24,000 nucleotides of DNA from Raoultella phage Ra_O-1: the sequence record PQ564427.1, one strand, 5' to 3'. The notes under the pieces were generated by a model. The model did no database searches. It was not told the DNA's origin and saw only the letters and a list, made by a program, of their open reading frames with translations. Of this stretch, positions 1-7,147 are shown one piece after another (within the stretch, counting starts at the first letter, position 1; every line of letters begins with the position of its first letter). The position numbers and the translations under genes are program-made.

Positions 1-2
1 AA

Positions 3-752
3 GAAGTTTGTGCTAAACGTATTGATGCTAATTTGCTCGATGTATCACTTGATGATATTGACGATGGTTGTGTATCATACGCCGAATATAAAGGCAAAAT
101 GGAAAAATGGCGTAGTTCTAGTACTCTTGGTCGTTTAATCATTAAACAGTATCCGACTGGCGGTGCTAACGCTAATACATTCCGAGCTCTTCTGAATGAG
201 TTGAAACTCAAGAAGAACTTTAAACCGACTGTTATCATCATTGACTATCTTGGTATTTGTGCTTCTTGCCGTATTCGTCAATATACTGAAAACAGTTACA
301 CGTTAGTTAAAGCTATTGCAGAAGAACTTCGTGCATTGGCTGTAGAATCTGAAACTGTTCTTTGGACCGCGGCTCAGGTCGGTCGTTCAGCTTGGGATGC
401 TTCTGATATGGACATGAGTGATATTGCAGAATCTGCGGGTCTACCTGCTACGGCAGACTTTATGTTAGCTGTGATTGAAACCCCTGAACTTGCTCAGATG
501 AAGCAACAATTAATTAAGCAGATTAAATCACGTTACGGTGATAAGAACATCAACAATAAGTTCTTTATGGGTGTGCATAAGGCTAATCAACGCTGGGTAG
601 AAATTGAGAAGCAAAACGACCCAACTAAGCCTAATCCAAGCAATACCGTCCGAGAAGGTGCAGGTGCACAGAACCGTGTAGCCGAATCTAATCGTCAAGA
701 ACGAGTATCACGTTCTAAGCTTGATGCTCTGGCAGAAGAGTTAAAATTCTAG
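3..752 (+). CDS. 41: Replicative DNA helicase (T4 gp41-like, DnaB family), C-terminal part; gene begins upstream of the window
   Basis: Open frame from window start (phase 3). Contains TVIIIDYLGICASCRIRQ, ETVLWTAAQVGRSAWDASDMDMSDIAESAGLPATADFMLAV and FFMGVHKANQRW, typical of the DnaB-like RecA core of T4 gp41; followed by other T4 replication genes. Confidence 0.93.
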   Translation, partial: EVCAKRIDANLLDVSLDDIDDGCVSYAEYKGKMEKWRSSSTLGRLIIKQYPTGGANANTFRALLNELKLKKNFKPTVIIIDYLGICASCRIRQYTENSYTLVKAIAEELRALAVESETVLWTAAQVGRSAWDASDMDMSDIAESAGLPATADFMLAVIETPELAQMKQQLIKQIKSRYGDKNINNKFFMGVHKANQRWVEIEKQNDPTKPNPSNTVREGAGAQNRVAESNRQERVSRSKLDALAEELKF

Positions 753-761
753 GTAAATTTT

Positions 762-995
762 ATGATTTTTGTGTTTAGCGCGGTCCGTGACCAGTCAGGT
801 CACTCTTTTGTTGTAACAGCCACAGATACCATTCATCGAGGCATCGAGGCATATAACAAAGCAGACCTATCTGTATGCGACTATGGAGAGGTCAAGGTGT
901 ATGACAGCGATGGCATCTGGGTTAACTCTGCTACATACCTACCTACCAAGAATCTGACCTCTGACATTTTGTTGAAAAAATTGTTCAAAAGGTAG
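762..995 (+). CDS. Hypothetical protein, 77 aa
   Basis: ATG shortly after the helicase stop, ends at an early promoter; weak Shine-Dalgarno. Confidence 0.5.
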   Translation: MIFVFSAVRDQSGHSFVVTATDTIHRGIEAYNKADLSVCDYGEVKVYDSDGIWVNSATYLPTKNLTSDILLKKLFKR

Positions 996-1024
996 TTTAC
1001 TTTCTCCAAAGGCCATGATACTAT
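995..1024 (+). promoter_or_regulatory. Early-type sigma70 promoter (GTTTAC-N18-TACTAT) with palindromic -10
   Basis: GTTTAC 995-1000, TACTAT 1019-1024, TGn extension; lies inside GGCCATGATACTATGGCC. Confidence 0.75.
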
Positions 1025-1060
1025 GGCCTTACTGAAACAAAACGAGTAGAGGAAAACATC

Positions 1061-1339
1061 ATGTGGACAATTGAAAAAGCATTAGACGTAGTCTTTAAGA
1101 GTAAAGATGAATCAGCGGAAACCGTACCGCATTGTGGTATGGTAGTTGGAAGCAAAGTAGTTAAATCTCCATATGCTAATCTGCGTTGTGATGGCGTAGT
1201 ACGAAAAGCATTAGATGAAGGCGATACAGTTTTAGTAGTTGTTGAGCCATTCAAAAACACTGATGGCAATGTGTCAATGTTAGTATACGCAAACGGTGAT
1301 TATCGCCTGATTTCTGCTCTTAACGTACAAGCTGCTTGA
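1061..1339 (+). CDS. Hypothetical protein, 92 aa
   Basis: ATG preceded by AGAGGAAAACATC, downstream of an early promoter. Confidence 0.8.
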   Translation: MWTIEKALDVVFKSKDESAETVPHCGMVVGSKVVKSPYANLRCDGVVRKALDEGDTVLVVVEPFKNTDGNVSMLVYANGDYRLISALNVQAA

Positions 1340-1349
1340 GGAAACCAAA

Positions 1350-1643
1350 ATGAAAAAGATTGTACTTGCTTTAGTGTTCGCAGTATCAAGCTGCTCTGCA
1401 GTTCCTGCTATGGCCAACTATGACAAAGACTTATGCGAGTGGTCAATGACTGCTGATGAGTCTGAAGTAGCTCAGCAGATTCGTGCAGATGTTGGTCATA
1501 TCGTGGAAAACGTAGACCCAAGTAAACAATCAGAAGTGCAAGCAGAACTTAAAGACGACGGCGCAGCACTTAAGCTGAACTATGTTCTTTACTGTGATGC
1601 TAAGTTTGATAACTTCAACATTGTTAAGTGGATTTTAGGATGA
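1350..1643 (+). CDS. Hypothetical exported/periplasmic protein, 97 aa
   Basis: GAGG SD; N-terminus MKKIVLALVFAVSSCSAVPAMA looks like a cleavable signal peptide; two Cys in the mature part. Confidence 0.75.
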   Translation: MKKIVLALVFAVSSCSAVPAMANYDKDLCEWSMTADESEVAQQIRADVGHIVENVDPSKQSEVQAELKDDGAALKLNYVLYCDAKFDNFNIVKWILG

Positions 1644-1849
1644 TTACATACGTTTTAGTAATGGCGCTATCTACGGGTTCAGGCGGAATGTCTACTGAAA
1701 AGATGGCATTCACGGGTAAAGATGAAGCAGTAATTAAGCAAAAGTGTGAAGATACAGGCAAGCAGTTTATGCTTATCAAAGACAATCCAAAATCAATGTC
1801 TCCGACTCTGTATCCTACTTATAAATGCTTACGTATTACGCATGAATAA
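1640..1849 (+). CDS. Hypothetical small protein with hydrophobic N-terminus, 69 aa
   Basis: ATGA overlap with the preceding stop, TTAGGATG start context; start moved in from the ORF track start at 1628. Confidence 0.65.
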   Translation: MITYVLVMALSTGSGGMSTEKMAFTGKDEAVIKQKCEDTGKQFMLIKDNPKSMSPTLYPTYKCLRITHE

Positions 1850-1864
1850 ATAGTAGGAGGCTCT

Positions 1865-2029
1865 ATGAAAACATACAAAGAGTTTGTTACTGAAATGGTC
1901 GCTGGTGATGCAGGCGGCAGCCCACAAAATATTGCATCAGGTACCACTTCCGGGGACATCGTCAATAAAGGACCCGAAACCCTTCCAAAGAAACGAAAAG
2001 CGGATAAAGACGCTGCCAAGAAAAAGTGA
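1865..2029 (+). CDS. Hypothetical protein, 54 aa (MKTYKEFVTEMVAGDAGGSPQ...KKRKADKDAAKKK), position of T4 gene 61.1
   Basis: TAGGAGG SD then ATG at 1865; Lys-rich C-terminus; directly upstream of primase gene 61. Confidence 0.7.
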   Translation: MKTYKEFVTEMVAGDAGGSPQNIASGTTSGDIVNKGPETLPKKRKADKDAAKKK

Positions 2030-2035
2030 TAAAAT

Positions 2036-2055
2036 GGCCTTATTAGTTTAAGGCC
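2036..2055 (+). promoter_or_regulatory. Small hairpin in the gene 61 leader
   Basis: GGCCTT(2036-2041)-N8-AAGGCC(2050-2055), just upstream of the AGAGG SD of the primase gene. Confidence 0.4.
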
Positions 2056-2067
2056 AGAGGAAATATT

Positions 2068-3090
2068 ATGTCTTGGGTTGATAACGAGTATGCAATTCGC
2101 GCAATATCTCACCTACCTAAATTTAGACACGTTACTACATCTTCAACATTCAAGTTAAACTGCCGTTGCCCAATTTGTGGTGACTCACAGAAAGATATCA
2201 ATAAAGCCCGATTCTGGATTTTTGATGCAGGTCAAGGATTACGCTGCCATTGCTTCAACTGTGAGTATAACAAGTGGCTATCACAGTATCTTAAAGATAA
2301 TGAGCCTGACCTCTATCGAGAGTATCTTCTTGAGAAAAGAAAGGAACAAGTCTTTGACAAGCCAAAGAGTGTAGAACCGTCTGAGAAAATTAATGCAAAA
2401 CTCCCCGTAATAGAAAAACTTAATTTCTGTGAGCGATTAGATAGACTTCCGAAGGAACATCCGATAGTTAAATATGTAACTGCCAGATGTATTCCAAGCA
2501 CTTCTTGGAAAAGGTTATGGTTTACTAACCAATGGCCTTCTCTTGTTAACTCCGTTAATCCAGGAACCTATAAGAATGAGACGAACGAACCACGTTTGGT
2601 TATTCCTATCTTCAACAAGAAAGGAGAGATTGAGTCGTTTCAAGGACGAGCACTACGAAAGAATGCTCCACAAAAATACATCACAATCAAAGCCCATGAA
2701 CATGCAACCAAAATTTATGGTCTCGACACTATTGACGAGTCAAAACTCGTATTCGTCATGGAAGGACCAATAGATTCGTTATTTATTGATAACGCTATTG
2801 CAATTACCGGTGGGTCTTTAGATTTAGCTCAAGTTCCATGTCATGATAATCGCGCGTGGATTATGGACCATGAACCTCGTCATCCTGATACAATTAAGCG
2901 TATGAAACGTTTAGTAGATGCTGGTGAAAAGGTAGTTTTCTGGGATAAGTCGCCTTGGAAAAGCAAAGATATAAATGATATGATTATGAAAGAGGGGGCA
3001 ACTGCTTCTGAAATAACGGATTATATTAATCAAAATATATCGCAAGGTTTAATGGCTAAATTACGTCTTGACAAATATGCGAAGATATAG
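2068..3090 (+). CDS. 61: DNA primase (T4 gp61-like)
   Basis: Zinc-binding module CRCPICGDSQKD...CHCFNC, GRALRKNAPQKYI and EGPIDSLFIDNAIAITG Toprim-like signatures; 340 aa; genomic neighbour of gp41. Confidence 0.93.
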   Translation: MSWVDNEYAIRAISHLPKFRHVTTSSTFKLNCRCPICGDSQKDINKARFWIFDAGQGLRCHCFNCEYNKWLSQYLKDNEPDLYREYLLEKRKEQVFDKPKSVEPSEKINAKLPVIEKLNFCERLDRLPKEHPIVKYVTARCIPSTSWKRLWFTNQWPSLVNSVNPGTYKNETNEPRLVIPIFNKKGEIESFQGRALRKNAPQKYITIKAHEHATKIYGLDTIDESKLVFVMEGPIDSLFIDNAIAITGGSLDLAQVPCHDNRAWIMDHEPRHPDTIKRMKRLVDAGEKVVFWDKSPWKSKDINDMIMKEGATASEITDYINQNISQGLMAKLRLDKYAKI

Positions 3091-3104
3091 GGGGCCAAAG
3101 CCCC
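3091..3104. terminator. Candidate bidirectional terminator between convergent genes
   Basis: GGGGC-CAAA-GCCCC immediately after the gene 61 stop and immediately after the end of the minus-strand ORF. Confidence 0.5.
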
Positions 3105-3109
3105 TTAAA

Positions 3110-3301
3110 TTAAAGCAATCCTCCAGTCATAATAAACGACACAACTTTTTCTAACGGCATTGGAGGAAGAACTAGCCCGTGTGTGCTAGCTAATGGAACT
3201 ACCACATAATTCCATGCAGCTAAAGCAGCAGTGGCGATTCCAACGTAAAGATATCTTCCAAATCCTCCCTTGTCTTTACATTCTTGTTTCACTTCAGACA
3301 T
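3110..3301 (-). CDS. Small membrane protein, 63 aa, opposite strand to its neighbours
   Basis: Perfect SD (AGGAGG, 4 nt from ATG) on the minus strand; hydrophobic YVGIATAALAAWNYVVVPLA; fits exactly between gene 61 and gene 56 with no + strand competitor. Confidence 0.7.
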   Translation of the reverse strand: MSEVKQECKDKGGFGRYLYVGIATAALAAWNYVVVPLASTHGLVLPPMPLEKVVSFIMTGGLL

Positions 3302-3310
3302 GAATCCTCC

Positions 3311-3335
3311 TGCTATTTATGTTAAGTGATATAAT
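3311..3335 (+). promoter_or_regulatory. Candidate MotA-type middle promoter for gene 56
   Basis: TGCTAT (3311-3316) and TATAAT (3330-3335), start-to-start distance 19. Confidence 0.55.
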
Positions 3336-3342
3336 ATTTATC
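3335..3342 (-). promoter_or_regulatory. Candidate late promoter on minus strand (GATAAATA)
   Basis: One mismatch from TATAAATA, about 33 nt upstream of the ATG of the minus-strand gene 3110-3301. Confidence 0.4.
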
Positions 3343-3367
3343 TAATTTAATTGAAAGGAATAAAATA

Positions 3368-3889
3368 ATGGCACACTTTAACGAATGTAGTCAACTGATC
3401 GCTGGTGCAGATAAAGCTGAAGCTCGATACGCAGGTATCGTACGTAAAGTTGGTGGTGACCCTCTGCAAGTAATGCTTGATATGCAAAAATCTCTTCAGG
3501 TTCGTCTAGCAAATGACAAGCCTGGTACTAACATGCATCCTGATGAATTGGCTCAAGCCGGTGATATCGTACAGTGGCTGCGTAATCAAAAAGATTACAT
3601 TGATGATGAATTCCGCGAACTGTTGACGTCTCTTGGCGGTATGAGTAATGGCGAAAAGGCAGCTAGTGCTGTGTGGAAACCGTGGAAAGCCGACCATGTC
3701 AAGATGCAGGAAACTTATATCAAAGACCTGTCTGATAAAGACCAGCTTGAAATCAAATTTGAAATGATTGATATCCTGCACTTTGTTCTGAATATGTTTA
3801 TGGCGCTTGGTCTGGATTCTGAAGAAATCTTTAAACTGTATTATCTGAAAAACGCTGAGAACTTTGCTCGTCAAGATGCAGGCTACTAA
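3368..3889 (+). CDS. 56: dCTP/dUTP pyrophosphatase (T4 gp56-like)
   Basis: MAHFNECSQLI, DPLQVMLDMQKSLQVRLANDKPGTN, RELLTSLGGMSNGEKAASAVWKPWK, DQLEIKFEMIDILHF, EEIFKLYYLKNAENFARQDAGY match T4 dCTPase as remembered. Confidence 0.96.
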   Translation: MAHFNECSQLIAGADKAEARYAGIVRKVGGDPLQVMLDMQKSLQVRLANDKPGTNMHPDELAQAGDIVQWLRNQKDYIDDEFRELLTSLGGMSNGEKAASAVWKPWKADHVKMQETYIKDLSDKDQLEIKFEMIDILHFVLNMFMALGLDSEEIFKLYYLKNAENFARQDAGY

Positions 3890-4026
3890 TGGCTAAAAGA
3901 ATATCTAAGCGTCGTTTAAAAATTATCAGAAAACAAAAAGAAAGGGCCTTAGTATTGGCCCTTCGAGAAGAAATCACTCGAGAAATTGATAAAGAAATAT
4001 TAAAGGCACTTACAGCAGCTATATAA
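3889..4026 (+). CDS. Hypothetical basic protein, 45 aa (MAKRISKRRLKIIRKQKERALVLALREEITREIDKEILKALTAAI)
   Basis: TAATG stop/start overlap with gene 56; not in the supplied ORF track; stop overlaps the soc late promoter. Confidence 0.6.
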   Translation: MAKRISKRRLKIIRKQKERALVLALREEITREIDKEILKALTAAI

Positions 4027-4029
4027 ATA
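4022..4029 (+). promoter_or_regulatory. T4-type late promoter TATAAATA for soc
   Basis: Exact consensus octamer 26 nt before the soc ATG. Confidence 0.85.
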
Positions 4030-4055
4030 CTCCTGTAAACTAATAGGAGATTAAA

Positions 4056-4292
4056 ATGGCTTACGTAAACATCAAAACTTTTGACCATACCACTGCTGAT
4101 GGTGAAGTTAAAGGTACTGAAGTATCTGTAGCTTTTAAGGTGTATTCTGATTCACATCGCATTGCTAACGCACAGTATCAGATTTTCCCATCTGAAAAAG
4201 CTGCTTATTCAACAGTAGTTGATGATGCTGCAACTTGGGCAACCACCAACGCGAAAATGTTTGAAGCTGTTCCGGCTGACAGCGAAGTATAA
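4056..4292 (+). CDS. soc: Small outer capsid protein Soc
   Basis: YVNIKTF...G(K)EVSVAF.(V)YSDSH(R)I...YQ.FPSEKAAYSTV matches T4 Soc as remembered; downstream of gene 56 as in T4; perfect late promoter. Confidence 0.93.
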   Translation: MAYVNIKTFDHTTADGEVKGTEVSVAFKVYSDSHRIANAQYQIFPSEKAAYSTVVDDAATWATTNAKMFEAVPADSEV

Positions 4293-4297
4293 AAATT

Positions 4298-4321
4298 AAG
4301 GACTCCTCCAGGAGTCCTTTT
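4298..4321 (+). terminator. Rho-independent terminator after soc
   Basis: AAGGACTCC-TCCA-GGAGTCCTT followed by TTTA. Confidence 0.85.
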
Positions 4322-4322
4322 A

Positions 4323-4347
4323 TGCTATACTGGGAATAGTATATTAT
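4323..4347 (+). promoter_or_regulatory. Candidate MotA-type middle promoter
   Basis: TGCTAT 4323-4328 and TATTAT 4342-4347, distance 19; directly after the soc terminator and upstream of the ORF at 4371. Confidence 0.55.
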
Positions 4348-4370
4348 TCCTACTAACTGAGGAGAAGAAA

Positions 4371-4562
4371 ATGATATGTTATACTAAGCCCTGGTATCAA
4401 TCGCCATTAAAGAAGTCTCATTTTGATTGTTGGTACAGAGGTGTAAGAGCTGCAGCGTTATTACTAAAAGCTGCGCCTGCTTTAATTAAAGCAAATGATA
4501 AGTGGTTTGAAGACAACAACATGACTGAAGGAGCTATGTGTGGCAAACACAAAAATCTATAA
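4371..4562 (+). CDS. Hypothetical protein, 63 aa
   Basis: GAGGAGAAGAAA ATG; follows a candidate promoter. Confidence 0.7.
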   Translation: MICYTKPWYQSPLKKSHFDCWYRGVRAAALLLKAAPALIKANDKWFEDNNMTEGAMCGKHKNL

Positions 4563-5049
4563 AGTAAGCTTACAACGTAATGTTCAATCAAGAAATGACG
4601 CAAAAGGAGCTTTGCGTCTAGACCAAGATAGAATTTTTACTGTTGCTCTATACAGTACATTCGATAAAGATTTCAAAGACTTAGTTAATAAATTCGAGGC
4701 GTTTGGTTGGTGTCCTTCTGAAGATTATGGAATTATTAAGACTGCCCATGTCTTTGACGTAGATACAGTTCCAGGAAGTCCTGTTTCTATACTGCATGCT
4801 CTCCACTTGAAAGGATACACCAATGTATGTCATGAAACTAGCTTATATGAATACGAAAATGACATAATTTCAAGAGGCAAAAAGATTATCATTGATAGCA
4901 CAGATTCTCTAATAGAATTCACTAAGTTAGTTTGGTTATATATGGGCGCAGATTTTATCAAACTTTCTCCAAGCCCGCTGTTACAAAAAGCAGCTGATGG
5001 ATATAACAGCAGTAGTTGTCTGTATCGCAATACTGAGTGGTTCATGTGA
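4540..5049 (+). CDS. Hypothetical protein, 169 aa
   Basis: GTG start with GAAGGAG SD; overlaps the previous ORF by 23 nt; long open frame. Confidence 0.75.
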   Translation: MANTKIYKVSLQRNVQSRNDAKGALRLDQDRIFTVALYSTFDKDFKDLVNKFEAFGWCPSEDYGIIKTAHVFDVDTVPGSPVSILHALHLKGYTNVCHETSLYEYENDIISRGKKIIIDSTDSLIEFTKLVWLYMGADFIKLSPSPLLQKAADGYNSSSCLYRNTEWFM

Positions 5050-5237
5050 TGGATTTGTTTGAAATGATGGAAGAGCCTCAGGAAGAGGTTCAAGTTCATC
5101 CAGTGATTTCTAAGGACATCAAAGATGAATACCGTATAATTATACAGAAATACGGTATTAAAGCCCCAGAAGCTCTTCTAGATGAACTAGCTTCAATCTG
5201 GTCTGACCCGCCGCCCTGGTCTCCGTGGGCAAAATAA
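5049..5237 (+). CDS. Hypothetical acidic protein, 62 aa
   Basis: TGATG coupling with the preceding gene; MDLFEMMEEPQEEVQ...; start moved in from 5037. Confidence 0.6.
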   Translation: MDLFEMMEEPQEEVQVHPVISKDIKDEYRIIIQKYGIKAPEALLDELASIWSDPPPWSPWAK

Positions 5238-5249
5238 TTTCACAAAGTA

Positions 5250-5279
5250 GTTTACTCTTCCAAAAAGCCATGATATGAT
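5250..5279 (+). promoter_or_regulatory. Early-type promoter (GTTTAC-N18-TATGAT)
   Basis: GTTTAC 5250-5255, TATGAT 5274-5279, TGn extension. Confidence 0.7.
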
Positions 5280-5307
5280 ACCTCTCGTAACCAAAATGGA
5301 GAATATC

Positions 5308-5997
5308 ATGGCTATTTCATTAAACCCATCTATTTCAGTAAAATTATCAAAGGTTATTCCTATCGAAGAACCCATTCGTTCCATTGATGTTCTTAACTTC
5401 GTGCGAGAAAGCAAAGGATTACCTTTATATGATTTAAGCGTGTGGGAAGCATTAGCTAATCGTTTTGACTGCAAAGAACAGTCAATTCTATGGCAGTGCA
5501 TGAACAATAAGATTGGCGAAGAATTTCATAAGAAACTTGACTCTATCGTTAGGCGCCATCAAATTGATAACAGAGACACTCTCTATAGAGGTCTATCATG
5601 CCGTGAGGCTAAAGCCTTTTATGACGCTCTTATTAAAGGAGAGCAATTTGACTTTGGAAAAGTGGCGTCATTCACGACAGATGAAACGATCGCCCGAGAG
5701 TTTGCAGGCAAATGGCATTACTCGACCTTTGTAGTCATTGAAGTCAATAATTGCCATCAATCATTTGATTATCATACCAACATGAAATCGCTTTTAATTA
5801 CTGCGCCAGATTCTGAATTCATGCGACCAAATGATGTGATTGATAACATTGCTCAGCGCAGAAGCGCTGACATCGAGATGATTGATAAAGAACAAGAAAG
5901 GATGCTACCGATGGGAACTAAGTTCAAAGTGGTGGGTCATAACAAAGTTGAAAAATCTGGTTTACTTATGGACTACTTTAGTGTTACTATAGCTTAG
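5308..5997 (+). CDS. Arginine-type ADP-ribosyltransferase, T4 ModA/ModB family, 229 aa
   Basis: R motif DTLYRGLS, STS-like motif VASFTTDETIAREFA, ExE-like EQERMLPMGTKFKV, in mART order; start moved in from 5275 to the ATG after GGAG. Confidence 0.85.
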   Translation: MAISLNPSISVKLSKVIPIEEPIRSIDVLNFVRESKGLPLYDLSVWEALANRFDCKEQSILWQCMNNKIGEEFHKKLDSIVRRHQIDNRDTLYRGLSCREAKAFYDALIKGEQFDFGKVASFTTDETIAREFAGKWHYSTFVVIEVNNCHQSFDYHTNMKSLLITAPDSEFMRPNDVIDNIAQRRSADIEMIDKEQERMLPMGTKFKVVGHNKVEKSGLLMDYFSVTIA

Positions 5998-6074
5998 TCA
6001 ACTAGTGATTATCTAGAACTAGGGACCTAGACCCATTATACCGTCCGTAAGACGAAAGCATTTTTGAGGAAAAC

Positions 6075-6833
6075 ATGATGAAATTTACTGCTGAAACCGC
6101 TAAAGTTTATACTCGTTTAATTACAACTTTAGGTTCTGCTCAACGTCGGCACAAGGAGTTCAATCTCACCCCAGAATATCTGTTTAACATCATGCAACAG
6201 ACACACTGTGCATACTCAGGCGAAAAGTTTGGAACTGTTAAAGGAAACCATCCTAACAGCATGACGCTCGAGCGTTGGAATAATGACTTGGGATATGTAA
6301 TGGGGAATGTTATTCCTGTTAAGCAAAAGTATAATACTTTGCGTGGAAATAATACGATTGAAGGCCTTGAACGAAAAGCGAATGAAATTGCGGCACGCAT
6401 AGTTCGCTCTTCTGATTCTGTTAAACCTACAAGTGATAAAGAAGCTTCTCGTTTGGAAAAGATTCGTGAGTATGAAAAAACTATCACATCAATTAAAACT
6501 AACTTACGTAATCGCGAAAATCATCTTTCTCAATTTGTGCAAAAAGAAAAGAATGGAACTGCAACCTCGGCAGATTTAGAACTTATTAATGCATTGAGAA
6601 CTCGTATCAGTGGTGGTAAGTCTGAATTAGCTAAAGTTGAGCGTAAGTTATCTGCTATTTTAGCGTCAGTTCCGAATCGTCCATCAGATGCTGAAATCCG
6701 TGTACAATCAATACGGTTAATTGTTAACTCACTTCGTCGGTTAGAAGAATGCTCAATGTTAGATAAGTTAAAATTGAAAAAAGGTCTTCCATTGACTGCG
6801 TCCTTCTTCCAACTTTTGAGAGGTAAAATGTAA
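6075..6833 (+). CDS. HNH-like endonuclease/zinc-finger-like domain protein with coiled-coil C-terminal half, 252 aa
   Basis: N-terminal region HCAYSGEKFG....NSMTLERWNNDLGYVMGNVIPVKQKYNTLRG resembles the C-x2-G / LERidN.kGY..gNv signature of HNH proteins; GAGG SD. ATG at 6078 is an alternative start. Confidence 0.65.
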   Translation: MMKFTAETAKVYTRLITTLGSAQRRHKEFNLTPEYLFNIMQQTHCAYSGEKFGTVKGNHPNSMTLERWNNDLGYVMGNVIPVKQKYNTLRGNNTIEGLERKANEIAARIVRSSDSVKPTSDKEASRLEKIREYEKTITSIKTNLRNRENHLSQFVQKEKNGTATSADLELINALRTRISGGKSELAKVERKLSAILASVPNRPSDAEIRVQSIRLIVNSLRRLEECSMLDKLKLKKGLPLTASFFQLLRGKM

Positions 6834-7147
6834 TGCAACACTATGGATATGTAGTAGCGTATAAGGATAAAGACGGATTTGACCATCCAGTCACAACTGA
6901 TATGTACGATGGAGAACGATGTGTGGTCTTCACTAATGAAGAATCGGCTAATAAAGCACGGATTCGTACAATGTCGGTTTTAACAGACAAATTAGCAAAA
7001 GGGAATTTTACTGGGAAAAGCAAAACTAAAGGAATGCTTTGGTGGAAAACTACTGAGCTAGTGTATGAACCGCTTAGTGATGTTGAGCGCGAAAAACTCG
7101 AAGCAAAAATTAAAAATCTACATGTAGTGAGGGTAAAAGTGGCATGA
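6833..7147 (+). CDS. Hypothetical protein, 104 aa
   Basis: TAATG coupling with the upstream ORF and ATGA overlap with dda. Confidence 0.75.
   Translation: MQHYGYVVAYKDKDGFDHPVTTDMYDGERCVVFTNEESANKARIRTMSVLTDKLAKGNFTGKSKTKGMLWWKTTELVYEPLSDVEREKLEAKIKNLHVVRVKVA

Noticed and set aside
1021-1269. Minus-strand ORF 82 aa (and similar antisense ORFs at 1819-2112, 2313-2501, 3506-3874, 6140-6487, 6530-6886, 6841-7161, 8990-9301, 10432-10728)
   Set aside because: All are antisense to well-supported + strand genes; unlike 3110-3301 they have neither a free locus nor good SD evidence.
3831-4088. 85-aa minus-strand ORF
   Set aside because: Overlaps gene 56 end, the 45-aa ORF and the soc late promoter; no independent support.
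6530-6886. 118-aa minus-strand ORF, possible toxin/antitoxin
   Set aside because: Antisense to the coiled-coil part of the HNH-like gene; no partner or promoter seen.
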